Notes: generated by a model from the letters alone, not told the origin. DNA of 60,471 bases, filler included, from 7 parts of 7 records of this genome joined end to end with filler, not necessarily neighbours in it; one strand, 5' to 3'. Numbered from the whole stretch's first letter, positions 30,508 through 41,034 are shown. Made by a program: numbers and translations.

Positions 30508-30607
30508 NNNNNNNNNNNNNNNNNNNNNNNNNNNNNNNNNNNNNNNNNNNNTTAATTAATTAANNNNNNNNNNNNNNNNNNNNNNNNNNNNNNNNNNNNN
30601 NNNNNNN
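30508..30607. other. Artificial contig spacer
   Basis: N44-TTAATTAATTAA-N44. Confidence 0.99.
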
Positions 30608-30763
30608 ATTAACTTTTGCTGGATCAGAATCCATCATCTGATCAGACCAAATTTTGATTGCATCAACTGAGGTCGTCGTTGGTCCTACTTCTTTGGCCAC
30701 TAACGAGCCTAAAAGTGAAAATGTAAGGACGATCGCAACTAATATCAGTTTGGTTTTAGGCAT
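30608..30763 (-). CDS. Secreted protein, 5' fragment
   Basis: RBS AAGGAG; signal peptide MPKTKLILVAIVLTFSLLGSLVA; truncated. Confidence 0.7.
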
Positions 30764-30973
30764 GTTTTAATTCTCCTTACGCTAAAAAATTAGGATTAAA
30801 CATGGGTTGAAATGCGTTACTTTTTCAATTCCAAAAGTATCCACATCTCAAAATGAATTAAAGATACAGATGCTCACACTACTATTCGTTTCATTATTGG
30901 CTTTTTATCACCTCCTTTTTTAATTAATCTTAAATGTTTTCAATTTTCAGCCGTTTTATCATCTCCTTACGGT

Positions 30974-32485
30974 TTAATGAGTTTTGTTTTCCTTTTTACT
31001 CACATATTCAATTAAATTATCGTCAGTAATGACTGGAAACAATGGAACCACATCTCTGAAAGGTTGTTGTTCATATTGAACAAGCAAATCAATGGTTGTC
31101 AGAGTGATATCCTCAAAGGCCTCAAAATCCAATTCGATTTTTCTATAGTATTTTTTCTGCAATTCATCGATGTATGGATTCAAAGTCTCTTTTAATATTT
31201 TATGATAATTCTTTGCAAAAGGTCGTGTGTCCCCAACGGACTCCAGATATTGATGTTTTTTATTAAGCGCCAGAAATGTATCACGCCACATTTTAGTATG
31301 GCGTTCTACGGCATTGACCTGATCATAGCCGGCATTATACGCTTCTTGCGTAACATAAAAATCGCGAACAAGATCAGCGACCGCCAGGCGAAATTGCTGC
31401 GGGAATTCTTTGGCACTCATGCGCTGATTGCGAAAAACCAGCGGATGAGACATTAGTGCTGTGCGAAAATCTTTTACCGTCCACACTTTGCCACTAACAC
31501 TAAAAAACGATTCCTGCAAAAAGGCCTCATCATTGATATTCTGTATCGTTTTTGGTGCTTCTTCATCTTCCTTGCGCCATAGTTGATTTACGGCATCATC
31601 TCGTTTCTTTTCATCCGACGGGAAATAGGTTTCATATAACAATTCGCTTAATATATAAAAAACATCTTCATTAAAATTCATACGCTTGCCGCTCATGATC
31701 TGAGAGACACGTTTTTCCCAGATGGCTTCGGCTTTGATTTGTGTTAATTTTTCCGTCACATTGTCAAGCCGTTCCTGTTGCTTTTTTCCGGTTAAAACCA
31801 TGTCATCGGTGTAGGCAAGAATTTTCACAAAGAGATAATGATCTTTTTCAATTTTAATCGGCTGCAGTACCTGGCCCTTTTTCAGGTTATGTGAAAAAAG
31901 AACCTGATGCAGTTTTGTATGCTCATTGCTATTCCATTTGATTTTTCGCTTTGGCAGACCGGTATCGCCTGATACATGACAATAAATATCTTTAAACTTT
32001 TCAGAATCTGTGCTCAGTTCTTTACGGGCCTTGTTAACGATTGAGCTGTCGTCTAAGGTAAAATAAGCAATCTGGTATTCCCGTCCGGCAAACTTGAAGG
32101 CATTTTTTATCTCAGTTGTGTCGAGGACAACCTTGGCAGTCGCCTCTTTATGATGCATATACCGGCGCATCGCCTGTTCTTTATGACCTTTGATAAAGTG
32201 TTGAAATTCAATATTTGACAACAGCGGGGATTCATTTCCGGCTTCCAGCGCCAGCATTTTTTCGGCTATGAGCGAATTGAGGATAATTTTTTTATGCAGA
32301 TATGTATTTCTTTTGCAATAATCCGGTCTAGGCACATATTCAGCACGCCGTAGAAACTCGTTAACACTGATGGTTGCCTGACCAGCAATATTGACAAGGA
32401 TTTTTTCTTTGGGTTCTTCTGGCGCTTTCACTCCACAGGTAATTATTAACAAAGAAAATAATAAAAATATAGTAATATTCTTCAT
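30974..32485 (-). CDS. Lipoprotein, SurA/PrsA foldase-like
   Basis: Lipobox IITC; ISVNEFLRR...ILNSLIAEKMLALEA resembles the PrsA/SurA N-terminal region. Confidence 0.6.
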   Translation of the reverse strand: MKNITIFLLFSLLIITCGVKAPEEPKEKILVNIAGQATISVNEFLRRAEYVPRPDYCKRNTYLHKKIILNSLIAEKMLALEAGNESPLLSNIEFQHFIKGHKEQAMRRYMHHKEATAKVVLDTTEIKNAFKFAGREYQIAYFTLDDSSIVNKARKELSTDSEKFKDIYCHVSGDTGLPKRKIKWNSNEHTKLHQVLFSHNLKKGQVLQPIKIEKDHYLFVKILAYTDDMVLTGKKQQERLDNVTEKLTQIKAEAIWEKRVSQIMSGKRMNFNEDVFYILSELLYETYFPSDEKKRDDAVNQLWRKEDEEAPKTIQNINDEAFLQESFFSVSGKVWTVKDFRTALMSHPLVFRNQRMSAKEFPQQFRLAVADLVRDFYVTQEAYNAGYDQVNAVERHTKMWRDTFLALNKKHQYLESVGDTRPFAKNYHKILKETLNPYIDELQKKYYRKIELDFEAFEDITLTTIDLLVQYEQQPFRDVVPLFPVITDDNLIEYVSKKENKTH

Positions 32486-32529
32486 TGCTATAAACCGCCA
32501 ATAATTCGAATTTGTGTGCAGGTATATAT

Positions 32530-32573
32530 ATTATTTTTAATGTCCGGCCGTCACACCGGACATTAAAAATAAT
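32530..32573. repeat. 18-bp perfect inverted repeat within the operon
   Basis: ATTATTTTTAATGTCCGG-8nt-CCGGACATTAAAAATAAT. Confidence 0.85.
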
Positions 32574-32597
32574 CCAACTCGTCAAAAAATCTGCACG

Positions 32598-33416
32598 TTA
32601 TTCCATTTCTAAAAAGTAGTTAAAACGTTGTGCGACTGGATAGTTTGACCAAATACCGTTTCGGTCTGTTCGCATGGCGAAAAAATATAAGGCACGAAAA
32701 CCATCGGGACCGCCTTTGCCGGTAAAATATTCATAGGTTAGGTCATCTCCGTTAACCCATTTTTTAAGAGTAAATCCTCCATCATCTGTGGGAATATAAC
32801 GGATGCCGATCCATGCATTCCCTATGTCAAGAGCCGTTCGTGCCTCATGAAGAAAAGCATTCTCTTCCTGACTGCTAATACAAGGCAAATAACCTCCCGC
32901 GACCTCACAGTTATAGTTCGCCTCTGGCCATGTCACCTCGGCACGAGACAAGTAGTAATAATGCCCGCCAAACGTTCCAAGAGAAATGTAATAATCCGGA
33001 TCCGCCCAATGTTTGGTGATAACAACATTTAGCTTTCTATTCGCACTATTGGCGGGATCGTCTAATGACAACATACTTGTAGTACCGCTATCGGCCAAAG
33101 CAACAGCATAAAATGAAAGTGGGTCATCTGGCACTGGCAATATTTTTAATATGCTGTTATCGTTAACTTTCCACGTATAGGCAGGAGCATTTAGCAGCCT
33201 GGTGGTTAATTTTAGCTCTAATGTATCTCCCTCATTAATATATAGTGAATCAATTCCCGTCGGTTTTTCTAACGATTTATTTATATAAATTTCTTGCCCC
33301 AATATTTCAGCTTTATTAAAATTTAGATCGGGTTCAGTATGACTATTGAAATCACATGCAACATTTCCGATGCTGGCAACAAGCGCCCCCAGCAGTATCA
33401 ATGTCCAAAACTTCAT
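32598..33416 (-). CDS. Lipoprotein with C-terminal C-type lectin-like domain
   Basis: Lipobox NVAC; GHYYY...TWPEANYNCEVAGGYLPCISSQEENAFL...AWIG...W. Confidence 0.8.
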   Translation of the reverse strand: MKFWTLILLGALVASIGNVACDFNSHTEPDLNFNKAEILGQEIYINKSLEKPTGIDSLYINEGDTLELKLTTRLLNAPAYTWKVNDNSILKILPVPDDPLSFYAVALADSGTTSMLSLDDPANSANRKLNVVITKHWADPDYYISLGTFGGHYYYLSRAEVTWPEANYNCEVAGGYLPCISSQEENAFLHEARTALDIGNAWIGIRYIPTDDGGFTLKKWVNGDDLTYEYFTGKGGPDGFRALYFFAMRTDRNGIWSNYPVAQRFNYFLEME

Positions 33417-33490
33417 TGTGCCTCCTATGTCTAATTTATTTCCTTTTAATCGGTTCTCAATATGCCATGTAATAAACTATCAAATATTTA

Positions 33491-34552
33491 TTAAAATCGA
33501 ACACCAAAGCTCGTGCAATGAATATCTCCCAACACTCCAAGGGTACGATAGGCATAGTCAATATTAACTGACAAGTTCGGAGATAAATAAAAATTTATTC
33601 CACCACCAAATGTGGGTCCAAAATTATTATCGGTTAAAAACAACCCCTTATAACCAGCCCGTAAAGCAAAATCTCCATATCCCGGAGCAAATAATTTGTA
33701 TTCAGCACCCACATTAACAGATTCGCCCATATTGTTTGGGTGCAGGGCATCGGCCTCTATTGTTAATTTTTGCTTTGCCGAAATAATAGGTGTCACAGCA
33801 ACGCCAACTCTGAAAATCAAAGGTAATTCCCAGTCTGACATTTTGTATTTTCCCTGCAGATTCTGATAATTCCCATGAGCTGTTTCATCTATGTCCACCG
33901 GAAACAGCAGATCATCTCCATCATATTGCAATTTGGTGCCATAGTTGGCAATACTCATACCTATTCGCAAACCATTATCTTCTTTGCTGTCAGGGGAGAA
34001 AAAAGGTGTCTGAATCAGCACACCTAAATCAGCCGCCATGGCATTGGCAGTGGTATGCCAAATATTTGAAGTGATATATTTTACTGAAGCACCAACTGAA
34101 AACCAATCTACAATACTGCGGGAAAAGGTCAGATAAAAATTATAATCATAAGCCGTATATTGTTCACCTGTTCCTTGTTGGTATTCAAGGGTCGTCACAT
34201 CAATATTGCCATAATCAAGGCCGGATATCCCCAGGGCAACGGTGCCTATCCCTGGTAATGGCATTCCAAAGCCAACAAATAATGAATTTACATCAACAAC
34301 CCACGGCTGATACATAAACAGCGCTTCGTTTTTTTTCAGGAGCCCAAGACCTGCCGGATTCCAATAGATGGCTGACAGATCACCAGCTGATGCCACACAA
34401 GCATCTCCCATGGCGATACCTGTGCCGCCCACCCCAATTTCCAAAAAACCTGCCGATGTTGTCCCAACTCTGTATGGTTCCTGGGCAAGACCTGGAATGC
34501 TCATCAGGATTATAAATGTCAAAATCAGGATTAAACGGTGTACTTTTAACAT
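33491..34552 (-). CDS. PorV/PorQ family outer-membrane beta-barrel
   Basis: GTTSAGFLEIGVG, MGDA, AIYWNPAGL, LPLIFRVG, ALRAGY, IDYAY; C-terminal F. Confidence 0.88.
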   Translation of the reverse strand: MLKVHRLILILTFIILMSIPGLAQEPYRVGTTSAGFLEIGVGGTGIAMGDACVASAGDLSAIYWNPAGLGLLKKNEALFMYQPWVVDVNSLFVGFGMPLPGIGTVALGISGLDYGNIDVTTLEYQQGTGEQYTAYDYNFYLTFSRSIVDWFSVGASVKYITSNIWHTTANAMAADLGVLIQTPFFSPDSKEDNGLRIGMSIANYGTKLQYDGDDLLFPVDIDETAHGNYQNLQGKYKMSDWELPLIFRVGVAVTPIISAKQKLTIEADALHPNNMGESVNVGAEYKLFAPGYGDFALRAGYKGLFLTDNNFGPTFGGGINFYLSPNLSVNIDYAYRTLGVLGDIHCTSFGVRF

Positions 34553-34590
34553 TACTTTATCCTTTCACTCTATTCAATTCTTTAAAAACG

Positions 34591-37500
34591 TCATTTAATG
34601 ACACCAAATTTGCCTACTTTTTCTTCTCCAGTAATATCATCTTTTACATGATAAAAGTACATGCCAGCGGCAATTTCCAAACCCTCCCAGGAAAGCATAT
34701 CCCAATGAAGGACACCTGTATTCGAATCACCCATACCGTCGAATGATGTCAATCCATCTACTGGTCCGTGCAATTCCCGAACAAGCATACCGCTTACTGT
34801 AAATATCTTTATTGTACATTGTGCCGGAATATTTGTAAATAATAATCTTCGGCTCTGGTTAAGGTACTTGTTGACCACTGACGGTTCCATCATGTTTGTG
34901 GCAACATAAGGGTTCGGCACAACACGGATATCTTCCATCTTGCTTTTGGCTTTTTCTGTATCGATCAACTTTTGGGCTGAAACCTTAAAGGTCAGAGAAT
35001 CTGTTCTATACCACGGTTTCAGGTGGCGAATTGCATAAACATCGTTTGGCTGTGGCAATTCACTTTCATTCTGGCATTGGTTAAAATCAATGATAAATAA
35101 AATCCCATCCCATAATTTTCTCTCATTATAGGGGCCGACCAAAATACGATCTTCCAATATGTCAAACTGCCCATTGCTGTTCATATCCTGCACCAACATA
35201 TCCATTACACGAGGAGTTCCGGTAGAATCCGCAAAATCCAGGCATTCAATTCTAAAATTAAAGTCCTCGTCAACCAGCAATTCATCCTTGTTTAGTCTAT
35301 TACCTTCTTCATCCGTCAGATAAGCAGCGTATCGCTGTGCAATCTGTGTTTGAGTCAGAGGTTGATCGGAAAAAACAATATTATAATCCCAGCCATAACA
35401 CTGCATTGGTGTGGCGTCGATATAGTGGATATTCATCGGCGATTCTCCGGGCATCCATCCGGTATTTTCTATATCAATCTCTGATACAGCAGCATCCATT
35501 TTGATGCCTAATTGCAGTCCGTCAAAAACGTCCGTCCACATGAGTTCTGAGGTAGCGATATGATAAAAACCGTTATCCTCCCTTTCAATAACTGAATTCA
35601 TATTTCTTTGTGAACACAGTTCTTTTTCACCTTCCAATACATCTTCAAACACTAATTTCCCATCTTCTGTCTCATCATATATCGACATACCGTTGGCGGT
35701 ATATTTATATCCATAACCTGCGTGATATTTATAAGCGGAATCCAGCTGGTTATAGGAAAATTTAATTTTATAGGTATGGCCTTCTTTGAGAGAATTTTCA
35801 TCCGCAATTTTGGGCACAACTTGTCCGTCACCTATGGTTCCGTTGTCATCAATCTCAAAATCAACTTCAACAGTCTCACCTGCTGCATTCGTTCCTGGCG
35901 TTACGATTGCCACATTTGGCCCAATGAATTCTACATCTTCATATTCATTCTTTCGAACCACAGCATTGTTTTCAGATGGCCCAATACCGGCATTTTCACC
36001 CTGAGATATAAGACTACTACCTTTAAGCTTGTCAGGTTCAATACCATAATCGTAAGCGACTAGAGCATAATAATAGGTCCGGCCATTCTGTACGGTTTCA
36101 TCTTTAAAAGAATAGGCTATACCTGTGTTTTCACCCATGTAATAAGCAGTTCCATTTAAAAGACCCCAGGTTGTAAATCCCTTGTACTCATCTTTTTTAT
36201 CACATTGAAAGATAGGTTTTAAAAAGGCTTTTGTTCCAAATCCATCTGTCACTATCCGCGGATCAAGCATATCCGGATCTGTAGAACGATACACTTTATA
36301 GCCTTCAAAATCGTTTTCTCCGTTAAGAAAAGATTCCCTGGTAAGTTTGTCTGAGCGATCGTCCCACATCAATTGAACAAAGCCATCTCCGGCCACTGCT
36401 TTAAGCGTCGGCATTTCCGGTGGCTGGGCAAAGCGATAATCCTTTTCATAGATAAGCTGTACCACATTTTTCAATGTAAAAAGTGCCGGTGCTGTATGTT
36501 CATCTGCAATTAAACCGGCGAGATCATCGTAGGAATGCAGCTCAGAAATTGAGATAAACTCAGTAAGACCCTGATAAAGAGGAAAAGTGGCGGTGGAAAA
36601 CAACTGGAACAAGTTATTAATATTTGACGCGCCCGATTCCAGTTCATCTTTCGTCATATTTTTGTACATTGATTCATCATGTCTGAACCAGTTCCTAAAA
36701 GGCGCAACCGCAATAGGACATTCGTAAAACAACAACGTTGTTAAACCCAACATGTCGGTTTCAGACACATCAGTCCAGCCAAAATTTGGTTCGGCATATC
36801 CCTCTCCCAGGTCCGGTTTATGATTACATTCTGTACCATCCGCATCCGGCCCGGTATAATTAAGTTCACCAGGAGCGACGCCGTCAAGACCGACATCATC
36901 GCCGGCATACTCTTCTGCCTGATAAATTCCGTCTTCGTTAAGATCAAGACCATCATTCCAATCCTGATCTTCATCGCCTGACCAGTGATCTTTTAAATCT
37001 TCTTCCTTTTTACCATAGAATGATAGAAACTTGTCCAAATCCACAATGCCATGCATCTTGTCGACGAATTCACCTGCATCGTTGTCTCGTTTTTCATCAA
37101 TCAGACCATCATCATCATTATCCATATTGTCATTAAAGATACCAGGACTTTCAAGATAGGCATATCCGGCGGTACCGGTCCTATATCCACTATCACCAAC
37201 TCCATCGGTATCCCAACTGTATGACAAGTTTAATATTTTGTCATAACTGCCATCTTCGCCACTATTTTCGCCGCCAATATTATTATCCAGCCAGTAACCA
37301 AAAGCCATGTGCGGCAAATCATAATCTGATACATTGGCGATTGTATATTCCCAAAAAATACAGTCCTGCGCCATCGGATTATTCCACTGAAAGCCTCTCT
37401 GTTTCACTCTTATTCCCAGACCGCCCCACGGTTTTCCCTTTTGCACGGTCACATTGGGATCAATATCACCAATTCGAACATTATTGCGTGGATAATATTT

Positions 37501-38154
37501 AACTCTATCATCATCGCTCAGGTATTCGAGATCCTGAGCATCATTGGCAACAACATATGTCTCCAAATCTGCTTTAATTTGACCACGACCAAAGCGACCA
37601 TCCCACTCGTTAACCCAATGCGTTTGGCGTCCTGTGTATAACCATCCTTGGGGTGGCCAGGACAGTGGATCATTGCTCATAGCCGGTGTTTCGCTAAGAG
37701 TATTCATATAACCGGCAGCAGGATGAAGACCCCACTCGATTTGACCTGTAGGATCGCAGTCCATTTGTTCACGATAATTGGTTTGACAATAAAAAAGCGT
37801 GTCAATTTGACCCTGGCTCGACAGCTGTTCAATAAGAACAGGATCGGTAACCGGAATTGAGTCCTGGGTTATGTAGACTGCTGCACTCACTAAAAGGCCC
37901 AATCCGTCGTGCATATTATTTCCGCCTACACCTTTTGGCCACCATGCGCCTTCAGGCCGCGGATAATCACCTAATTCTGTGTTATTTTTAAAAGTCAGTT
38001 GAACGCGGTTGCCAGTCATCACACCTTCGCGTTCAATATATGGATCTCCAGCACCATCCTCTGGGCCGTTATAAATTCTCCCTTGGGCATAAAGATCCGC
38101 ATTGTGTGCAAATAAAAATCCAAAACTAAGGATAAATAAAAGTATTCTCCTCAT
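34591..38154 (-). CDS. Large secreted protein with Asp-rich Ca-binding-like repeats and a T9SS/FlgD-like C-terminal domain
   Basis: Signal peptide from M15 of the ORF; DNDDDGLIDE, DLNEDG, DFEGYKVYRS; ends IRVVPNPY...IKIFTVSG...WD...AAGMYFYHV...GKFGVIK. Confidence 0.8.
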   Translation of the reverse strand: MRRILLFILSFGFLFAHNADLYAQGRIYNGPEDGAGDPYIEREGVMTGNRVQLTFKNNTELGDYPRPEGAWWPKGVGGNNMHDGLGLLVSAAVYITQDSIPVTDPVLIEQLSSQGQIDTLFYCQTNYREQMDCDPTGQIEWGLHPAAGYMNTLSETPAMSNDPLSWPPQGWLYTGRQTHWVNEWDGRFGRGQIKADLETYVVANDAQDLEYLSDDDRVKYYPRNNVRIGDIDPNVTVQKGKPWGGLGIRVKQRGFQWNNPMAQDCIFWEYTIANVSDYDLPHMAFGYWLDNNIGGENSGEDGSYDKILNLSYSWDTDGVGDSGYRTGTAGYAYLESPGIFNDNMDNDDDGLIDEKRDNDAGEFVDKMHGIVDLDKFLSFYGKKEEDLKDHWSGDEDQDWNDGLDLNEDGIYQAEEYAGDDVGLDGVAPGELNYTGPDADGTECNHKPDLGEGYAEPNFGWTDVSETDMLGLTTLLFYECPIAVAPFRNWFRHDESMYKNMTKDELESGASNINNLFQLFSTATFPLYQGLTEFISISELHSYDDLAGLIADEHTAPALFTLKNVVQLIYEKDYRFAQPPEMPTLKAVAGDGFVQLMWDDRSDKLTRESFLNGENDFEGYKVYRSTDPDMLDPRIVTDGFGTKAFLKPIFQCDKKDEYKGFTTWGLLNGTAYYMGENTGIAYSFKDETVQNGRTYYYALVAYDYGIEPDKLKGSSLISQGENAGIGPSENNAVVRKNEYEDVEFIGPNVAIVTPGTNAAGETVEVDFEIDDNGTIGDGQVVPKIADENSLKEGHTYKIKFSYNQLDSAYKYHAGYGYKYTANGMSIYDETEDGKLVFEDVLEGEKELCSQRNMNSVIEREDNGFYHIATSELMWTDVFDGLQLGIKMDAAVSEIDIENTGWMPGESPMNIHYIDATPMQCYGWDYNIVFSDQPLTQTQIAQRYAAYLTDEEGNRLNKDELLVDEDFNFRIECLDFADSTGTPRVMDMLVQDMNSNGQFDILEDRILVGPYNERKLWDGILFIIDFNQCQNESELPQPNDVYAIRHLKPWYRTDSLTFKVSAQKLIDTEKAKSKMEDIRVVPNPYVATNMMEPSVVNKYLNQSRRLLFTNIPAQCTIKIFTVSGMLVRELHGPVDGLTSFDGMGDSNTGVLHWDMLSWEGLEIAAGMYFYHVKDDITGEEKVGKFGVIK

Positions 38155-38219
38155 AGTCGATGATCCTTTCGAATTTCTTCCAATCGTTAGATTCATACCT
38201 TTTATTCAACGCAACGTCA

Positions 38220-40925
38220 TTAAAACGATACGCCGATGCCAAATTTGACCAACCGTGGTGCTGACCAGTTGGAGGGGCTGTAAATACTTTCTTCATAAGT
38301 ACTATAATCACTCCAAAAACCTAACCTGTCACTTGGTCTGATAATCGCTTGATTGGTCCGTCCTGTATGTGAATTAACGGCATTCTCGTTTAAGCGATCA
38401 AAAAGATTATAAATACGCAATGTCACACGAATATCAGCGCCTAATACTGTAGCAATGTCGTAATGTGCTTTTAAATCAAAGTTGTAATGAAAAGGTTTGC
38501 TAGCTCCATTTGGATAGAGATTGATGCGGTTAAGCGGATTCTGGTCGATCGGACTCCAGGAATAAGCCGACCCTGAACCCATCCATCCGAGGACAGTCAA
38601 ACCCCATTTGTCCTGGTTATATCCTGCAGTGAGATTCAAAGTATGACGTTGGTCCCAGCTCATCGGAATCAAGGTTGGAATAGGATCCTGGCTGCTACCG
38701 GCGCGACTAAAAGTAAAAATGGGATTATCAGCATTACCGCGTGTGTATTGTAAGGTATAGTTTACTTCAGCAAAAAAGTTTTCAACATGCGCATTATATT
38801 TAAGTTCAAGTCCTCGTGCATTTCCATAATCTTTATTTCCGTACAGGCCATAGCGAACCGTGTTATAGGTTGTCACAATATTGACAGTCGATAAATTATA
38901 AATATCTCTGTACCAAAGTGCTACCTCCAAATCCATAAAATCGTTAAGAGCCTGCCACAAGCCGATCTCGTAACTAACTGTCATCTCAGGCTTGACATTA
39001 GGATTACCCAGGGTGCTGGAATAATTTGCTGGAGAAATGACATAAGAGCTGTTTTGATACATGGTGCTATGAGGTGGATATTGGTAAAAATGTCCATAAC
39101 TGAAACGCAGCAATGCTGCCTCACCAAGTTTATAGGACAAACCCAAACGCGGGGCTAAATGTACTTTTGCCTCTGCTTTCGGATAGGTGCTAATCCATTC
39201 CTGCATATCTTCTTTTTGCAGCAAATTATTAGGATTTCGATAGTTGGAAGGATAAGTAGAATTTGGATCAAAATACTCACCCCGCACACCCAACTCTATG
39301 ACCATATTGTCGTATTCCATCTTGTCGGAAAGCCAGGCGGCTAATTGCAAAGGATTCTTTTGATAACTATCGGTGTAAACTGTTGAATCCGACATCATTT
39401 CCGGTGCGTAAAGAAAATCAGATGCAGGTGTATTGCGATAAAGATTTAAGATGCTGCTACTTCTATAATCATAATCAAACCATTCACCCTGAAGTCCGGC
39501 TTCGATACTGTGATTATTATTGGCCTGCCAGGTTACATCTAAACGACCGAGCATTTTTTTACTAACCGTTTCGGAATGTCCTTTATCCTGCCCGCCTGTT
39601 ACAAAACCAGTATATGAACTATTAGCCGAATAAGAGTCATGAATGTAGCGGCTATCCAGCGGATCCTCATACAAGTAGTTTCCATACGTATCCTTGGAAT
39701 AGGAAAATTTTGCCTCGTAAAAAAATTTCTTACCCAAAATATGATTCAACTGATAGGTCAGCATCTGGCTATTATTATGACCACGAGTACGCCCATCTGG
39801 TTTATATTTTCGAGAATGTTTGTACCATTGTTGTTCACTCTGATTGCGCAAATACATCAGTGACATTTTTATGTTCGGTAACTTGTATGTCAGCTTACCG
39901 TTGAGATTTATTGATTCTACCCAGTTCATGGGCACGTAAGAGCTATCTCCTGTATGCTCACCATAAAGATATTCACCGGTTTCACCATCAAACGCTAAAC
40001 TATCCTGATAGGCGCTATAGTCCGGTTGGTCAGTTACGTTAAATCGTCTGATACCATTCAGATAGTTGTCATTATCCTGAACTCTGGCACTGGCAAAAAA
40101 AGTGAGTTTATCACCAATGACAGGACCATGTAGCATCACTTTGTAATCTTCATTACGGTCAATTTGTGATGATTTTAAACCGATAAAAGTATCATCATGG
40201 GAGGTAAGATAATTGCCTAAATACCCCTCAAATTTTCCATGAAAAGTGTCACCACCTTCTTTGGTAATGGCATTGACAATACCGCTCATGGCCTGTCCAT
40301 ACTTGGCACTAAATGTACCGGTAATGACTTCGACTTCCTGAACAGCATCCGGATCAATCTCAATCATTTTGCCTCTGTTCAAACCATTATTGACAGACAT
40401 GCCATCAATCAAATAGCTTGTCTCATTGCTTCGGCCACCTCGGAAATGACCCTGAACAACTCCCGGCTGCATGGCGACAACCCCTCCAGTGCTCTCAACC
40501 GGCAGTACATTCATCTGATCTGATGATACATTTCGAATGGAACCTGTCTGGTCCTTCTTTACAGTTACCCTATCCGCTGTCACCACAATGTCTTCACCAA
40601 TTTCCATGGTTGTTTCCTGCAGTGTGGTTGACAAAGGAGAGGTTCGATTCACTGAAACCTGAACATCTGTGATTCGCTTATTCGCATAACCAATATACAT
40701 AAATCTAACTGTATAGGTCCCGGGAGGAACATTAATAATAAAATATTTACCGTCCATATCAGACGATGCTCCCAAATAGGTTCCTTCGATAACAACATTT
40801 ACACCGAGGAGAGGATCTCCTGTTTTGGCATCTTTGATTGTTCCTGAAATTTTCCCAGTTGTTTGTGCGAATAAACTTACTGGCAAATACAAAAGAAGGA
40901 GAATTCCAAAGACGAGGTTTTTCAT
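38220..40925 (-). CDS. TonB-dependent receptor (CarboxypepD_reg-like N-terminus, plug, barrel)
   Basis: GKISGTIKD...NVPPGTY; HFRGGRSNE..YLIDG; ITGTFSAKYG; PRLGLSY; NLFD; ends GIGVSF. Confidence 0.93.
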   Translation of the reverse strand: MKNLVFGILLLLYLPVSLFAQTTGKISGTIKDAKTGDPLLGVNVVIEGTYLGASSDMDGKYFIINVPPGTYTVRFMYIGYANKRITDVQVSVNRTSPLSTTLQETTMEIGEDIVVTADRVTVKKDQTGSIRNVSSDQMNVLPVESTGGVVAMQPGVVQGHFRGGRSNETSYLIDGMSVNNGLNRGKMIEIDPDAVQEVEVITGTFSAKYGQAMSGIVNAITKEGGDTFHGKFEGYLGNYLTSHDDTFIGLKSSQIDRNEDYKVMLHGPVIGDKLTFFASARVQDNDNYLNGIRRFNVTDQPDYSAYQDSLAFDGETGEYLYGEHTGDSSYVPMNWVESINLNGKLTYKLPNIKMSLMYLRNQSEQQWYKHSRKYKPDGRTRGHNNSQMLTYQLNHILGKKFFYEAKFSYSKDTYGNYLYEDPLDSRYIHDSYSANSSYTGFVTGGQDKGHSETVSKKMLGRLDVTWQANNNHSIEAGLQGEWFDYDYRSSSILNLYRNTPASDFLYAPEMMSDSTVYTDSYQKNPLQLAAWLSDKMEYDNMVIELGVRGEYFDPNSTYPSNYRNPNNLLQKEDMQEWISTYPKAEAKVHLAPRLGLSYKLGEAALLRFSYGHFYQYPPHSTMYQNSSYVISPANYSSTLGNPNVKPEMTVSYEIGLWQALNDFMDLEVALWYRDIYNLSTVNIVTTYNTVRYGLYGNKDYGNARGLELKYNAHVENFFAEVNYTLQYTRGNADNPIFTFSRAGSSQDPIPTLIPMSWDQRHTLNLTAGYNQDKWGLTVLGWMGSGSAYSWSPIDQNPLNRINLYPNGASKPFHYNFDLKAHYDIATVLGADIRVTLRIYNLFDRLNENAVNSHTGRTNQAIIRPSDRLGFWSDYSTYEESIYSPSNWSAPRLVKFGIGVSF

Positions 40926-41034
40926 AAGCTAATCCTTTACTTAAATTTTTGCTCGAATTTTATTCATTTATGTACTTGTATAGGTGCTTAATGGATTACG
41001 AAAAATTATCAAAATAGACACAAGACTCTAAATA

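Noticed and set aside
32598-33416. C-type lectin as a diversity-generating retroelement target
   Set aside because: No reverse transcriptase and no template/variable repeat pair seen in the contig
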